From: Macrostomum lignano
Lineage: Eukaryota
Length of the DNA: 64,000 nucleotides
NCBI GenBank assembly: GCA_002269645.1
Contig: NIVC01002418.1
Span: forward strand, 62,001 to 126,000
Reading direction: 5' to 3'
The notes beneath the pieces were generated by a model. That model was not told where the DNA came from and did no database searches. It was given only the letters and a program-made list of their open reading frames with translations. Numbering within the stretch: the stretch's first letter is position 1; the number at the start of each line of letters is the position of its first letter. Below, piece after piece: positions 35,698-47,883 of this stretch. The position numbers and the translations under genes are program-made.

Positions 35698-38600
35698 TCA
35701 GCTGAAATCGTTGCGCTGAAAGTGCGGCGCCGCCGGCTCGACCTCCGTTATGCTTCCGCCGCCTCCGCTTCTGCCAGATTGGCCCGGCCGTCTGGGGCCT
35801 ACAAAAGTGACGGAGCCCTCATTGTTTGCACCTTCGAATTCGTCGTCGTGTTGTTGTTGCTGCTCGGAGAAGTCCCGGTTAGACGCCGGCGGGGGCGGCC
35901 TCGACGGACCCGAAGCCGCGGAGACGTTGCTGTCGTCTCTGGTCAAGCCGGCGACCACGATGGCGATGTCCTGGAGCATGCGGTGGATGCCGAGCAGCTC
36001 GGATCGGGTGCTGGATTCCAGTTCCTCAAGCCGAGCCTGCATTCTCAGCGCAGCTTTCTGCAGCGAGCGGAAAATTTGATTGAGCAATACTGAATGTAGT
36101 TGTGGCTCAACAGCCAAACTGTGGGTCAAGCTCAGCTAATATCTTCAATGGATACCACCAAAACTTCATCTACTTAAAAAGGACCTCCGTGATTCCAAAG
36201 GTCTGTAGGCTTGGATAAGTAAGTATCCAGTATCAAAGTATCGACATCATGAGCATAGTTACTCGTAGTTTAGCTATTCAGTTTTGAATTCGTAGGGGGT
36301 TGTAGCCTAGTGGTCAGAGCGTCGGACTCACGACTGAAAGGTTAGGGGTTAGATTCTCGATCCATGAGGAACAATTTGTGTCCTTGAGCAAGACACTTAA
36401 GTCTGAATTGCTTCAGATCACCCAGCTGTAAAATGGGTGCCAGCATTAGCTGGGGCAATTGAGGGTGTGTGTGGTGACCCCCAGTCCTTGGACTGAGTAG
36501 TCCAATAGCTGGGGCTGAGCTGTCGGCTGCAAATCTGCCGAATAAGGGCAGGTGCAAAAAAAATTGAATTTATGTACACGTCTTATCAGTTTAAATCCAT
36601 TAACTTTTGATTTTTACGAGTACTGGCAAGACACTTATAATAAAAGTGCGCTCAAACCCCTTACCTCCGCCATCTGACGAGTCTTTGTTTTGCGTTTCCT
36701 CTGCTGTCGCCTGGCTTCGCTCTCGTCGACGACAAGGTCGTTCTCGTCCGAGTCGGACTGCTCAATCTCTTTTTCGTACAGGCGAGTGACTCTTTTTTGA
36801 ATCTTTTTGACCATATCCTGCGGTTTTGAGAAAGGCTTTTTTGTACTTCGTTGCAACTGCGAGCCTACTCAGTATCCTGATAAAAACGCTGCCCCCATTA
36901 TGAGAAGTGACAGAAACGGCAATGTAATTCGCTCATAGCAATGCCTGAGAGAGCTCGGTTTGAGTCAATGCTATTGCTTCTAGGAAAACATGATTTTCTG
37001 AATCAACTTGAACTTTGGAGAATGAAAATAGGCGTGCTGAGTTCTCTTCGCAATGATCCCAGTTTCTATAGAGACTTGACGCGAGTGTAAAACTGTCAGA
37101 CTTGACAAATCAAGCAGTGACTCACCCGAATCTCCAGAGTCGCCTTCTGCTGCTCCTCGACAGAGCTGCTCATTGTCACGTCGTCATCGTAATGCAGCTT
37201 GAGCGGGTTGCATTCCTCTTTCAAATATTTGTGAAACTTCACCCGTTGAGACATGCGCATTGATTCGTAGCAGTTGAGCAGAGTGATCGCCTTCTGCATG
37301 GCGGCAGCCGGTTTGGCATTGTCGAATACGCTGTTTTGGCCGAAGATAAGTGAAATCAGAAGTCAGTGTGATGATAGTACATATATTTGAAAATGTCAAC
37401 TTACGACTTGAACGTCTCCGACAATTGAGCAATGAACAGGTTGAGAAACAGAATGGCCGAGATGGCGAACCAGCAGCCGAGTATGATTTGAGACGTGATC
37501 GGGTCGATGTCCGCCATTTGCTGCAAGATTTATTGTTTCATAGATTTAATCCGCTGAGGTTGAATACTGTAATAGATGATTGGTTTGCGTTTAGAACCTC
37601 ACTAAGCCTCCCTTTCTCCCGGATTGATCGTGTTTTAATCTATGGGAATTTGCATAATATCCGTTCCAGAGACTCATATCTTTCTCAGTCTCTCGAAAGA
37701 GACAGGCCCCCTCATTGAGTATGATTTGAGACGTGATCGGGTCGATGTCCGCCATTTGCTGCAAGATTTATTGTTTCATAGATTTAATCTGCTGAGGTTG
37801 AATACTGTAATAGATGATTGGTTTGCGTTTAGAACCTCACTAAGCCTCCCTTTCTCCCGGATTGATCGTGTTTTAATCTATGGGAATTTGCATAATATCC
37901 GTTCCAGAGACTCATATCTTTCTCAGTCTCTCGAAAGAGACAGGCCCCCTCATTGACTCAGAGCAGCAGGCAGGAACGTGAGTGATTTGCTCTCCTAAAA
38001 TAATACTAATTGATTACACCTTCCCTAATGAGTAGTTGGTTGTGCATCCGACAGCTCAGCCGCAGCTATTGCCCGGCGCATCTGAAGGCTGCTCAGTCCA
38101 AGGACTGGGGGGTCGCCACACACAGCCTCAATTACCCCAGCTAATGCTGGCACCAATTTTACAGCTTGGTGAATTGAAGCAATGCAGAGTTAAATGTCCT
38201 TGCTCAATCTGAAGTTGTGAGTCAGACCACTAGGCTAAAACCCCACTAGTATATATATAATGCTCACGTCGTATTGATATTCATCAACGAGAGTCAGGCG
38301 GAACATCGAGAACGCGGTGCTGTAGAATGTTTCCATGTTCTCCACGGTGACCCGGGTGAAATTGTGCATGCTGTAGTTTTTCAGCGTCTTGGATGTCAAA
38401 ATGTCTGCCTCTCGGAGGTTCTTATCACCGCCAAGTATGGTCCAGAATATGCAGGCTGCAGGGGCGAGTTATTCGAGTTGGTCTGTTAGTCAACAGCAAT
38501 CACTCTATAAAGAACACTGTTAAACATCTTTTAAAGTTCTGAAAGGACATCGGACTGCAGGACTACATGATCTCATTGCACGAATCACAGCCCAGGCAAA

Positions 38601-41600
38601 CCCTCATTCATTCTTATGCTCCAATTGGGCCAGATACAGTATGCAACCGACAGCTCAGCCGCAGCTATTGTTCAGTCCAAGGACTGGGGGTCGCTGCACA
38701 CCCTCTCAATTACCCCAGCTAATGCTGGCACCCATTAACAGCAAGGACTACTTAAGAAGAAGAAGAATTGACTTCAGTGGTCCTTGTTTTACAGCTGGGT
38801 GAACTGAAGCAATGCAGAGTTAAGTACATTGCTCAAGGGCACAAATTGTTCCAGCGGGATCGGGAATCGAACCCCCCGACCTTCAAGTCGTGAGTCTGAC
38901 GCCCATAACGGTCGAACCACTAGGCTACGCCGCCACTTCATTCATTCATTCTTCAAGCATACAGAAACTCCCACTTCGGTAAATTTACACGGACGAGCGC
39001 CACTGATATCTCATATTTAAGAAAGCACGAACTCTCCGCGAAAGCAAATGATCAAAAACTGAGAATTCACTCACTGAACGGAATGAAGAACTCAAGGTAG
39101 AGCAGGAAAAACTTGGCCAAATCGCCCAGAATCATGCCCAGCATCACAATAAACGGGCCGAAAAACTCGAACGGTTTCACGTACTTCAGCAGCCGGATCC
39201 ACAGTACAACAATGTTGAGCGCCATGATCCGGACGTGCCAGCGGGCCAACACGAGATTCCCTTCGCCGCCTGGCCAGCCAACTTCAGCGAAGTGCGAGAT
39301 CAGCGAGGCCAGCAGGATGATGTAGCAGGCCCAGTCCAGGTAGTTCCACCAATCGTCAAAGTAGGAAATCTGCGACTTCTTGATTTCCTCAACCTCTTTG
39401 CGCAGGTATTTGCTCTCGTCATCGTGGCTCGGATGAACCAACTCCAAATCCTCTTCGATCAGCTTCAATTTCCACGTTTTCCAGGCCTGAAAGTGCGTGA
39501 CACGGTAGCAAGCACTACACTCCTAGCAGGCAGCCACCTCACTCCCAGCAGGCAGCCACCTCACTCCCAGCAGGCAGCCACCTCACTCCCAGCAGGCAGC
39601 CACCTCACTCCCAGCAGGCAGCCACCTCACTCCCAACAGGCAGCCACCTCACTCCCAACAGGCAGCCACCTCACTCCCAGCAGGCAGCCACCTCACTCCC
39701 AGCAGGCAGCCACCTCACTCCCAGCAGTCAGCCACCTCACTCCCAGCAGGCAGCCACCTCACTCCCAGCAGACAGCCACCTCACTTCATAAAGTATTCCT
39801 ATATAAGGCTTGAATGAATCACCTCGTGGCGCCGACGAGACCGAACGATTTCCATGATCTCTTCGATGATCAGATAGGCCGTAATTCCAATGGCTCCAAT
39901 CTGGAAAGATGTCAAAGTAATAGAATTTAATGAGGAATTTATTAACAATCAAAGGTTTAAACTGCATGACACACCAGGACGGCCACTCGATATCCTTCCC
40001 GAGGAAAGTCGTATTCATGCCGCTGAGTCCACTCTTTGTCCACGGCGAATATGGTCCAGAGTATGATGTTGATCAGTTGGAGAATAATCTGGCCAATGGC
40101 TCGGATTCTAAAGGTAAGAATTGTATTTTTTTAATATGATTTCAGATTTGAAAAGTTTATCAGTCAAGCACAGTCGAAGCCACGCATACGGTGGCAAGAC
40201 ACTGCGTATTGGGTTGGGCCATTCGTCTCAAGGTCTGTGTACTGGGTTGGGCCACCCGCTTCAAGGTCTGTGTACTGGGTTGGGCCACCCGCTTCAAGGT
40301 CTGTGTACTGGGTTGGGCCACCCGCTTCAAGGTCTGTGTACTGGGTTGGGCCACCAAACTCAAGGACTGTGTATACATGTAACTGGGTTGGGCCATCCGC
40401 TTCAAGGACTGGGTACTGGGTTGTGGGCCATCCGTCTAAAAACCAATGAAAGCATTAGCAAAGCAGTGGTAGCGTGTTAAACAGGTTAAAAAACAAGTTA
40501 AATTGTTTGCAAAAACTGTTACAAACAAAACGAACGCATCGATATTTGCAAACGGAAACCAATAGCGTTAAGGCTTATGCATTCGTTCAAGCAAAAATAT
40601 AAGAAATGTCTATCATGATTACAAAGCAAATGTGAAAACCATTTTCCAAGATTAAGAGATTTTGTTAGATTTTATGATTCAACCATTTTTGTATTAACGG
40701 CTTGCAAGCAGCCTCAGACCTTCCGAACTGCGTCCACTGCACCCCAAGCATGGCACTGATCACTGTGGAGTCAATCATTTGATAGTTGTTTGTCTCTATG
40801 ATGGCTTTTAACTGAAAGTGAAAAAAAAATTTGTGTATTTCCTGCTTCCATTATTCAGGTCTTTCCAAGCCAGAGAAACAATATAAAATTCAATTTCAAA
40901 TTAAAGTACACTTAAGAGGAAAAATTGAAATGTGTCTTTAAGTTTACCACACAATGGCTCTGCAATGGGTTGATTGGTTGGGTTCAATGCTGGTTCAGTA
41001 TGCAGCTCAAGTTGCATACAGATTGTTCAAGAAGTCAGTTTTCTAGTAATAAATTTTCATGCAACATCCTGCTCAAGTAGACGGACGAAAACGGAATTTT
41101 CTTGGAAAATTTTAAAAGGTTTTACCGAAAAAAATACATTACAGAAGTAGGAGGTTTCTCGGAGATAGGATGACCCAGTGTTCATCTTTTGATATGTCCT
41201 GCCTTTCTTATAGCTCTATTGATATTGTTGGCTCTGCTCGTGCAATTAACGGCCTTGAGAGCCAACCCCCAAGGCACAGTGAAGTGTACATGCCTAACGA
41301 TAAATAAAGTTAGGGCCGCTGTACACTCCTGTGTGTGTGCCTGCGCGCTTGTGTGCCTGCTCAGGGGAGTCGGCGGAATGGGCAGCAATGCCTCTCGCCG
41401 GTTGTGTGACAATGTCGCTTAAAGTGCGCCAGGATGCACGCGCCCTCGTGCCTCTGATGAAAAAGTCGCAAAAATGTATTTTAAAAAACCCCAATTGAAA
41501 TCCGATACTTTCTACTCTACCGAAACAGTAGTGTATTAAGCGTGTTCTTTCGCAGCTTATAGATTCACTCACAGCAGAGTGGTAGGCGACCCGCACAACC

Positions 41601-44600
41601 TCCTGCTTTCCTTTGGTGTCGACACCTTCGTCAGCCCCGGTGGACTCCACCTGCCTGGGGTCGAGTCTGAACAGGTCCAGCTTCTGCTTGCGCTCGATGC
41701 GATAGGTTTTGTTCAACTGCGCCAGAGCGGTTTCGGCCTTGCATTGCGATTGAAGGTTGAGGGCGCGGTAGGTCTAAGCGAACTTGTTCACATCGAGTTG
41801 AGACATTCTAAGAATTAAAATTTGAAGCCTCGTCTCTTACCAGGGGCGGCATCTTCTTGATCAGCGGCACGAAAGCAATCTGGCCGGTTTTGTCCTGGAC
41901 AAACGCGTCGCAGTTGTGTTCCAGCAGGAGAGCGGCGGTCTCGCTGCGGTCTGCGGCGCGGTTCGAGTTTGATTGGGCTGTTGGACTTTCCCTGCCAGCT
42001 TTGCGTCTGTGTCTTATTGTCCTAGTATGTGTCTGTCTATGTGTCTTATTGTCCTAGTGTGTGTCTGTCTATGTGTCTTATTGTCCTAGTGTGTGTCTGT
42101 CTATGTGTCTCATTGTCCTAGTGTGTGTCTTTCTATGTGTCTTATTGTCCTAGTGTGTGTCTGTCTGTGTCTTATTGTCCTAGTGTGTGTCTGTCTATGT
42201 GTCTTATTGTCCTAGTGTGTGTCTGTCTATGTGTCTTATTGTCCTAGTGTGTGTCTGTCTATGTGTCTTATTGTCCTAGTGTGTGTCTGTCTATGTGTCT
42301 TATTGTCCTAGTGTGTGTCTGTCTATGTGTCTTATTGTCCTAGTGTGCGTCTGTCTATGTGTCTTATTGTCCTAGTGTGCGTCTGTCTATGTGTCTTATT
42401 GTCCTAGTGTGTGTCTGTCTATGTGTCTTATTGTCCTAGTGTGTGTCTGTCTATGTGTCTTATTGTCCTAGTGTGTGTCTGTCTATGTGTCTCATTGTCC
42501 TAGTGTGTGTCTGTCTATGTGTCTTATTGTCCTAGTGTGTGTCTGTCTATGTGTCTTATTGTCCTAGTGTGTGTCTGTCTATGTGTCTTATTGTCCTAGT
42601 GTGTGTCTGTCTATGTGTCTTATTGTCCTAGTGTGCGTCTGTCTATGTGTCTCATTGTCCTAGTGTGTGTCTGTCTATGTGTCTTATTGTCCTAGTGTGT
42701 GTCTGTCTGTGTCTTATTGTCCTAGTGTGTGTCTGTCTATGTGTCTTATTGTCCTAGTGTGTGTCTGTCTATGTGTCTTATTGTCCTAGTGTGTGTCTGT
42801 CTATGTGTCTTATTGTCCTAGTGTGTGTCTGTCTATGTGTCTTATTGTCCTAGTGTGTGTCTGTCTATGTGTCTTATTGTCCTAGTGTGCGTCTGTCTAT
42901 GTGTCTTATTGTCCTAGTGTGCGTCTGTCTATGTGTCTTATTGTCCTAGTGTGTGTCTGTCTATGTGTCTTATTGTCCTAGTGTGTGTCTGTCTATGTGT
43001 CTTATTGTCCTAGTGTGTGTCTGTCTATGTGTCTCATTGTCCTAGTGTGTGTCTGTCTATGTGTCTTATTGTCCTAGTGTGTGTCTGTCTATGTGTCTTA
43101 TTGTCCTAGTGTGTGTCTGTCTATGTGTCTTATTGTCCTAGTGTGTGTCTGTCTATGTGTCTTATTGTCCTAGTGTGCGTCTGTCTATGTGTCTCATTGT
43201 CCTAGTGTGTGTCTGTCTATGTGTCTTATTGTCCTAGTGTGTGTCTGTCTATGTGTCTTATTGTCCTAGTGTGTGTGTGTCTATGTGTCTTATTGTCCTA
43301 GTGTGTGTCTGTCTATGTGTCTTATTGTCCTAGTGTGTGTGTGTCTATGTGTCTTATTGTCCTAGTGTGTGTCTGTCTATGTGTCTTATTGTCCTAGTGT
43401 GTGTCTGTCTATGTGTCTTATTGTCCTAGTGTGTGTCTGTCTATGTGTCTTATTGTCCTAGTGTGTGTCTGTCTATGTGTCTTATTGTCCTAGTGTGTGT
43501 CTGTCTATGTGTCTTATTGTCCTAGTGTGTGTCTGTCTATGTGTCTTATTGTCCTAGTGTGCGTCTGTCTGTGTCTTATTGTCCTAGTGTGTGTCTGTCT
43601 ATGTGTCTCATTGTCCTAGTGTGTGTCTGTCTATGTCATCCGGAGTGTCAACCTGGCAGGCGACACTCCGGATGAGCGCAGGAACGAGCTGCGCGAGTTC
43701 TTCGCCGCCATTGTCAACGCGCCGCCCCCTCCGCTTCCAGAAAATCTGAGGCTGCCGCCGGAGACGCTGTTGCCGGCGGAGGAGAGCTTCAATGTTGCCC
43801 CAGTCAGCACAGCCGACGTTGTGAAGTTCGCTCGGCAGTCGCCGGGCGGCAAAGCGCTTGGTCCGGACGAGGTGCCCACCGAGGCGCTGCGGATCCACTG
43901 CGTGGCCACTGAGGTCGCCAGAGTGATGAACCGCGTGCTTTTCGGTGAGGTGGCGCCAAACGAATGGACCACGGCGCACATCGTCGCCATTCCAAAGAAG
44001 CCGGGCACCACCAAGCTCGAGGAGCATCGAGGCATCTGCCTACAGTCCTGCGCCGCGAAGCTGTTCAACCGCATGCTGCTATCGCGGTTACAGCCTGTGC
44101 TGGACCCGTACCTGCGACCTGAGCAGAACGGATTCCGGCCCCATCGCGGCACAGTGACGCAGATCCTGGCTCTTCGACGAGTCATCGAGGAGGCGCGCAT
44201 CCGCCAGTTGACCCTGATCCTGATCTTCGTCGATTTCAGGAAGGCTTTCGACTCGGTCGTGAGGGACGCGCTCCCAGAGGTGCTCCGTGCGTACAACGTG
44301 CCAGAGCTGCTGATTTCTGCTGTCATGGCGCTGTACCACGGCACGACGGCTGCTGTCTCAACACCGGACGGCCTATCGGATTTCTTCGAGACATCCTCCG
44401 GGGTGCTCCAGGGAGATACGCTAGCGCCGTTCCTATTTATTCTGGTGCTTGACTGGGTGCTACGGACTGCTCTGCCTTCCAACGACGACGGCTTCCTGCT
44501 GCGGCGACGCGTGGGTCGACGCCAACCGGAGAGACGGCTCAGCGTGCTTGGCTACGCCGATGACCTCGCCCTGCTGTCCTCGACCGTCGAGGGCGCCCAA

Positions 44601-47600
44601 CGACAGCTGGATAGGCTGGTTGCCGTTGCGGCGAGCGTCGGCCTGGTGGTCAACACGCAGAAGACCGTCGTGCTATGCGTGCCGGACGACACCGAGGCTG
44701 CAATCTTCTGCCGAGGCGCTGACGGACAGGCGAGTGAGCTTCCAAGATGTCAGCAGTTAGTCTACCTCGGCGGTCTGGTTCCCGACGTCCGCGAGGATCT
44801 GCGGCGTCGCCGAGGACTTGCTTGGGCTGCCTTTCGTTCTATAAGGTCAGTCCTGCAGTCCGAGGCCCTACCGGACCGCCAGAGGGCGGCGCTGTTCCAG
44901 GCGGTGATCGAGACCGTCCTGTTATACAACGCCGAGACCTGGACGCTGACAGACTCGCTCGAGGCTCAAGTCGACGCGGCGCACGCTGGCCTGCTGCGCG
45001 CCGCCTTCAAGATCGGCAACGAGCGAGTCACCAACACGGCGCTCTATCATCGCGCCGGCCTGGCCCGTCCTAGCGATCTGCTGCGCCGTCGGCGACTCCA
45101 GCTGGCAGGCCACGCCATCCGCGCCGAGGCCTACTGTCCGGAGCCGGTGCAGGAGGTGCTGCTACTTACGTTGCAGGCACCCTACCGGCGGGGACAGGCG
45201 AAGACTCGGCGCTACGTCGACTGTCTGCTGGCTGACGCCGGCGCCCCGGACTCTGCCGGCGGTGCGGCTTTTGTTCGCGCCCAAGCTTTGAAGCGCGCCA
45301 TCTGACGCTGCTTTTGTGAACTGGCAGCGTACTCTGTTGTTGTTGTTGTTGTTCTGTCTATGTGTCTTATTGTCCTAGTGTGTGTCTGTCTATGTGTCTC
45401 ATTGTCCTAGTGTGTGTCTGTCTATGTGTCTTATTGTCCTAGTATGTGTCTGTCTATGTGTCTTATTGTCCTAGTGTGCGTCTGTCTATGTGTCTTATTG
45501 TCCGTAGCAGTGTTAGATTCTGGCTATTTTAGTTTGTCTGTCTTAGTATGTCTTGTCGGGCCGTAGCCCAGTGGTCTAGATCAACGCTCTCAATGTGCCA
45601 GCGGCCCAGGCTCGATTCCAAGTGCAGTCACATTATTTGGGACTTAAATTGGAATCTCGGCAATTAACGCCCTTGGGAGTTAGCGCAGTGAAGTGTACAT
45701 GCCTAACGGTAAATAAAGTTAGGGCCGCTGTACACTCCTGTGAGAGTGTGTGCCTGTGTGCGTATGACTGCGTACGTATCCGCGCGCTTGTGTGCCTGCT
45801 CAGGGGAGTCGGCGGAATGGGCAGTAATGCCTCTTGCCGGTTGCGTGACAATGTCGCTTGAAGTGCACCAGGGTGCACACGGCCTCAAACTAACAAAACA
45901 AAAACCAACCCAGCTCGCAGGCGGCGAACAGAGGCGTCCTCTGCCTCTCGTCCCTCTCTTCCATCTCGCAGCCCAGCTTAATCAGGGCCCGCAGTGCCCT
46001 GGTCGAGTCGGTCTTGGCTGCAAAGAACAAAGGCGTCTGGCCGTTGTTGGCGCGGGCCTCCTTGTCGGCGCCGAGTTGCACCAGGGTGCGGCACATCTCC
46101 GGGTAGTCGTAGGCGGCGGCCACGTGCAGCGGAGTCCAGCCGAAGTCGTCGGCAGCGCGGACGTTCGCCCCGCTTCGCACCATCTGCTCGGCAACTTCGG
46201 GACTCCAGTTGAGCGCCACCTCGTGCAGGACGGTCTGGCCGTGGGTGTCGCGCCAATTGAGGTCGGCGCCCCGATGCAGCAGGTCGACGATGATGTCAAT
46301 GTCGAGCTTGTTGGTGTACAAGTCGCTGTTGCAGTTGCTGGCTTTGATGAAGTAGCGCATGAGACAGCGGCTCAGGTCGGCCCGGCCCGTTAGGTCCGTC
46401 ATGTCTTTGCCGAATAGTCGAATATTTGTTGCGCCTTTTTCCGGCGCGTCCTCTTTTAGGATGGAGCAGCAGGTGGCTGTGTTTCGAGTGCGGTTGGGAT
46501 TGGGAGAAGCGATTAGAACAAAGGAGAGCCTATCAATGAAAAGAGACCTAGTCTATGAAGGCCAAAAGGGTGGCACTGTTGAGAGTTGCTCGATCTACTC
46601 CAGGGGTTTGGCGAACTTTTTAGCTCAAGGGACATTTGGAGAATCTAGCGCATGACTGCGGGCCAGAGGAAGGGAAAGAGAAGGGAGAGAAGAGAACGGA
46701 GAAGGAGAGAAGGGAGAAGAGAGCTGAGAAGACCCACAAACCTTAGGCGGGCCGGATTGCTATTGTGAAGTTTCAAAAGACCCGAGGGTCGGATAGAGAG
46801 GCTCGGCGGGCCGCATGTGTCCCGCAGGCCGGAGTTTACCGATCTGATCTACTGCAATCAAGTGCTAGATGATAAATATAGATCGTTGCCATGGTAACTT
46901 ACACCCCGTTTGGCCCCTGAGCTTGGAGTGTCGAATGTCGACTCGCATCTTGGTGAATTTTCTTCGCTCGGAGGACACCGATCGCCAGCGATGGATCATC
47001 ACCGACATGTCGGCCACTTCGCGAATCCCCAGGCTTTTTCGTCGACTAAAGAAGCATTTTTATTTAGTATCGAGAGTTATATTTATGTTCAATAGAATGC
47101 CGCCATTATTCAAAAAAATAATCTCTTTATTATTATTAACTCGTATCCTGCCATCTGCAACTTAATAAACTGTTCGGAAAAATTGGGAATGGTAGAACTG
47201 CAGTTATTAAAAACTGTTTTTTTGTTTTTTTGGTGGATATTTGGATTAACTTAGCATATAAACTTCTGGCTTTAACGTTAAAAGTTGTCTTAACTTGAAG
47301 TTATTCCAATTCTATATCTAAGTTTTTAAATTGAAGCAGCTATCTACAGGGTATTTAAAAATTTATAAATATTAGCAAAATTTCGTTTTTATTTTTAACT
47401 GCCACAGAATGTCTCTTCTTGTCCTAAGAATTTCCAGTAATCCAATGTGTAAACTGTACACTGAAGGATTCTCATACATATATCGAAAATTTACTGCACA
47501 TATAGCAGCCATAAAGTAGCAAATATTTTTCTATTGACAAACAATTAAATATTACAGTAACCAAAGTGTTTCAGAAAATTCTCTACAGTGTACAAAATTT

Positions 47601-47883
47601 TCCTGCTTTTCCAAAATTTTCATTTCACTGGACTCTTAAGTCTGTCATGCTAGTATTGTTTTCGCAAGTTTGCACGTAGTCAATCAGTTTCAATTTTATG
47701 TTTTCTTTTTAAGAAAGACATTTACGCTATTAACTAGAAAACTGCAACTAAAAACTGATAATCATCTATTTTATTTACATCTTTTTAAGACCGTTTGTTA
47801 TTTAGGGTTGTTACATACCCTTTGTTAAGTTCTTCATGCTTCTGCTTCGTCGAGGAATCACTTTCATTGCCTTTTTTTTCCAT
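35698..47883 (-). CDS. Ankyrin-repeat TRP-superfamily cation channel, 14 exons, ~941 aa
   Basis: Exons 47883-47819, 47045-46903, 46476-45910 (ankyrin repeats GQTVLHEVA, GWTPLHVAA, GQTPLFFAA), 41950-41841, 41737-41573, 40811-40720, 40107-39975 (S1), 39900-39823 (S2), 39486-39075 (YFDDWWNYLDW S3; WIRLLKYV..FGPFIVML S4-S5), 38455-38268 (pore AFSMFRLTLVDEYQY), 37520-37405 (S6 LFLNLFIAQLSETF), 37330-37126, 36856-36665, 36057-35698. All GT-AG; total 2826 nt, in frame. The first two exons are the least certain. Confidence 0.85.
36295..36565 (+). mobile_element. tRNA-derived SINE family A with CORE-like central domain
   Basis: A box TAGCCTAGTGG, degenerate B box, then GTGTCCTTGAGCAAGACACTTAA..CACCCAGCTGTAAAATGGG (MIR/CORE-like), A-rich end. 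Reverse copies at 38041-38244 and 38641-38934. Confidence 0.8.
37479..37954. repeat. 238-bp direct tandem duplication including the acceptor and first 42 nt of the TRP S6 exon
   Basis: 37479-37716 equals 37717-37954 apart from one visible SNP (AATCCG/AATCTG). Confidence 0.95.
38041..38244 (-). mobile_element. SINE family A copy (internally deleted)
   Basis: Reverse-complement similarity to 36295-36565. Confidence 0.7.
38641..38934 (-). mobile_element. SINE family A copy with well-preserved tRNA head
   Basis: Minus strand GGCGGCGTAGCCTAGTGGTT..GGGGGTTCGATTCCC followed by the CORE-like domain; ~50-nt hairpin insertion at ~38735-38790. Confidence 0.8.
39528..39785. repeat. 22-bp minisatellite (CAGCCACCTCACTCCCAGCAGG) in a TRP intron
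   Basis: About 11 units. Confidence 0.95.
40200..40440. repeat. 33-bp minisatellite in a TRP intron
   Basis: About 6 units of ACTGGGTTGGGCCACCCGCTTCAAGGTCTGTGT. Confidence 0.9.
41241..41447 (+). mobile_element. SINE family B copy, 5'-truncated
   Basis: Homologous to 45660-45885 (GCAATTAACG..CAGTGAAGTGTACATGCCTAACG..GACAATGTCGCTT). Confidence 0.7.
42003..45503. repeat. 32-bp minisatellite (TGTCTTATTGTCCTAGTGTGTGTCTGTCTATG), split by a LINE (42003-43636 and 45354-45503)
   Basis: About 51 plus 5 units. Confidence 0.95.
43637..45353 (+). mobile_element. 5'-truncated non-LTR retrotransposon (RTE/RTEX-like), RT domain intact
   Basis: Open frame to TGA at 45305 with RT motifs EQNGFRP, FVDFRKAFDSV, SGVLQGDTLAPFLF, LGYADDLAL; no endonuclease or ORF1 upstream; short 3' UTR with stem-loop ACGCTGC/GCAGCGT and a (GTT)n tail; possible TSD CTGTCTATGT. 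Confidence 0.9.
45557..45885 (+). mobile_element. tRNA-derived SINE family B
   Basis: A box TAGCCCAGTGG, B box GGCTCGATTCC, body shared with 41241-41447 including the hairpin GTGTACA-CCTAAC..GTTAGG-TGTACAC. Confidence 0.7.

Noticed and set aside
38860-38934. Genuine tRNA gene
   Set aside because: Acceptor stem pairs poorly and the sequence runs into a CORE-like SINE body present three times.
43608-45113. Antisense and alternate-frame ORFs over the LINE (and likewise over Gypsy pol, 58313-62575)
   Set aside because: Shadow ORFs expected from GC-rich coding sequence; no recognisable motifs.
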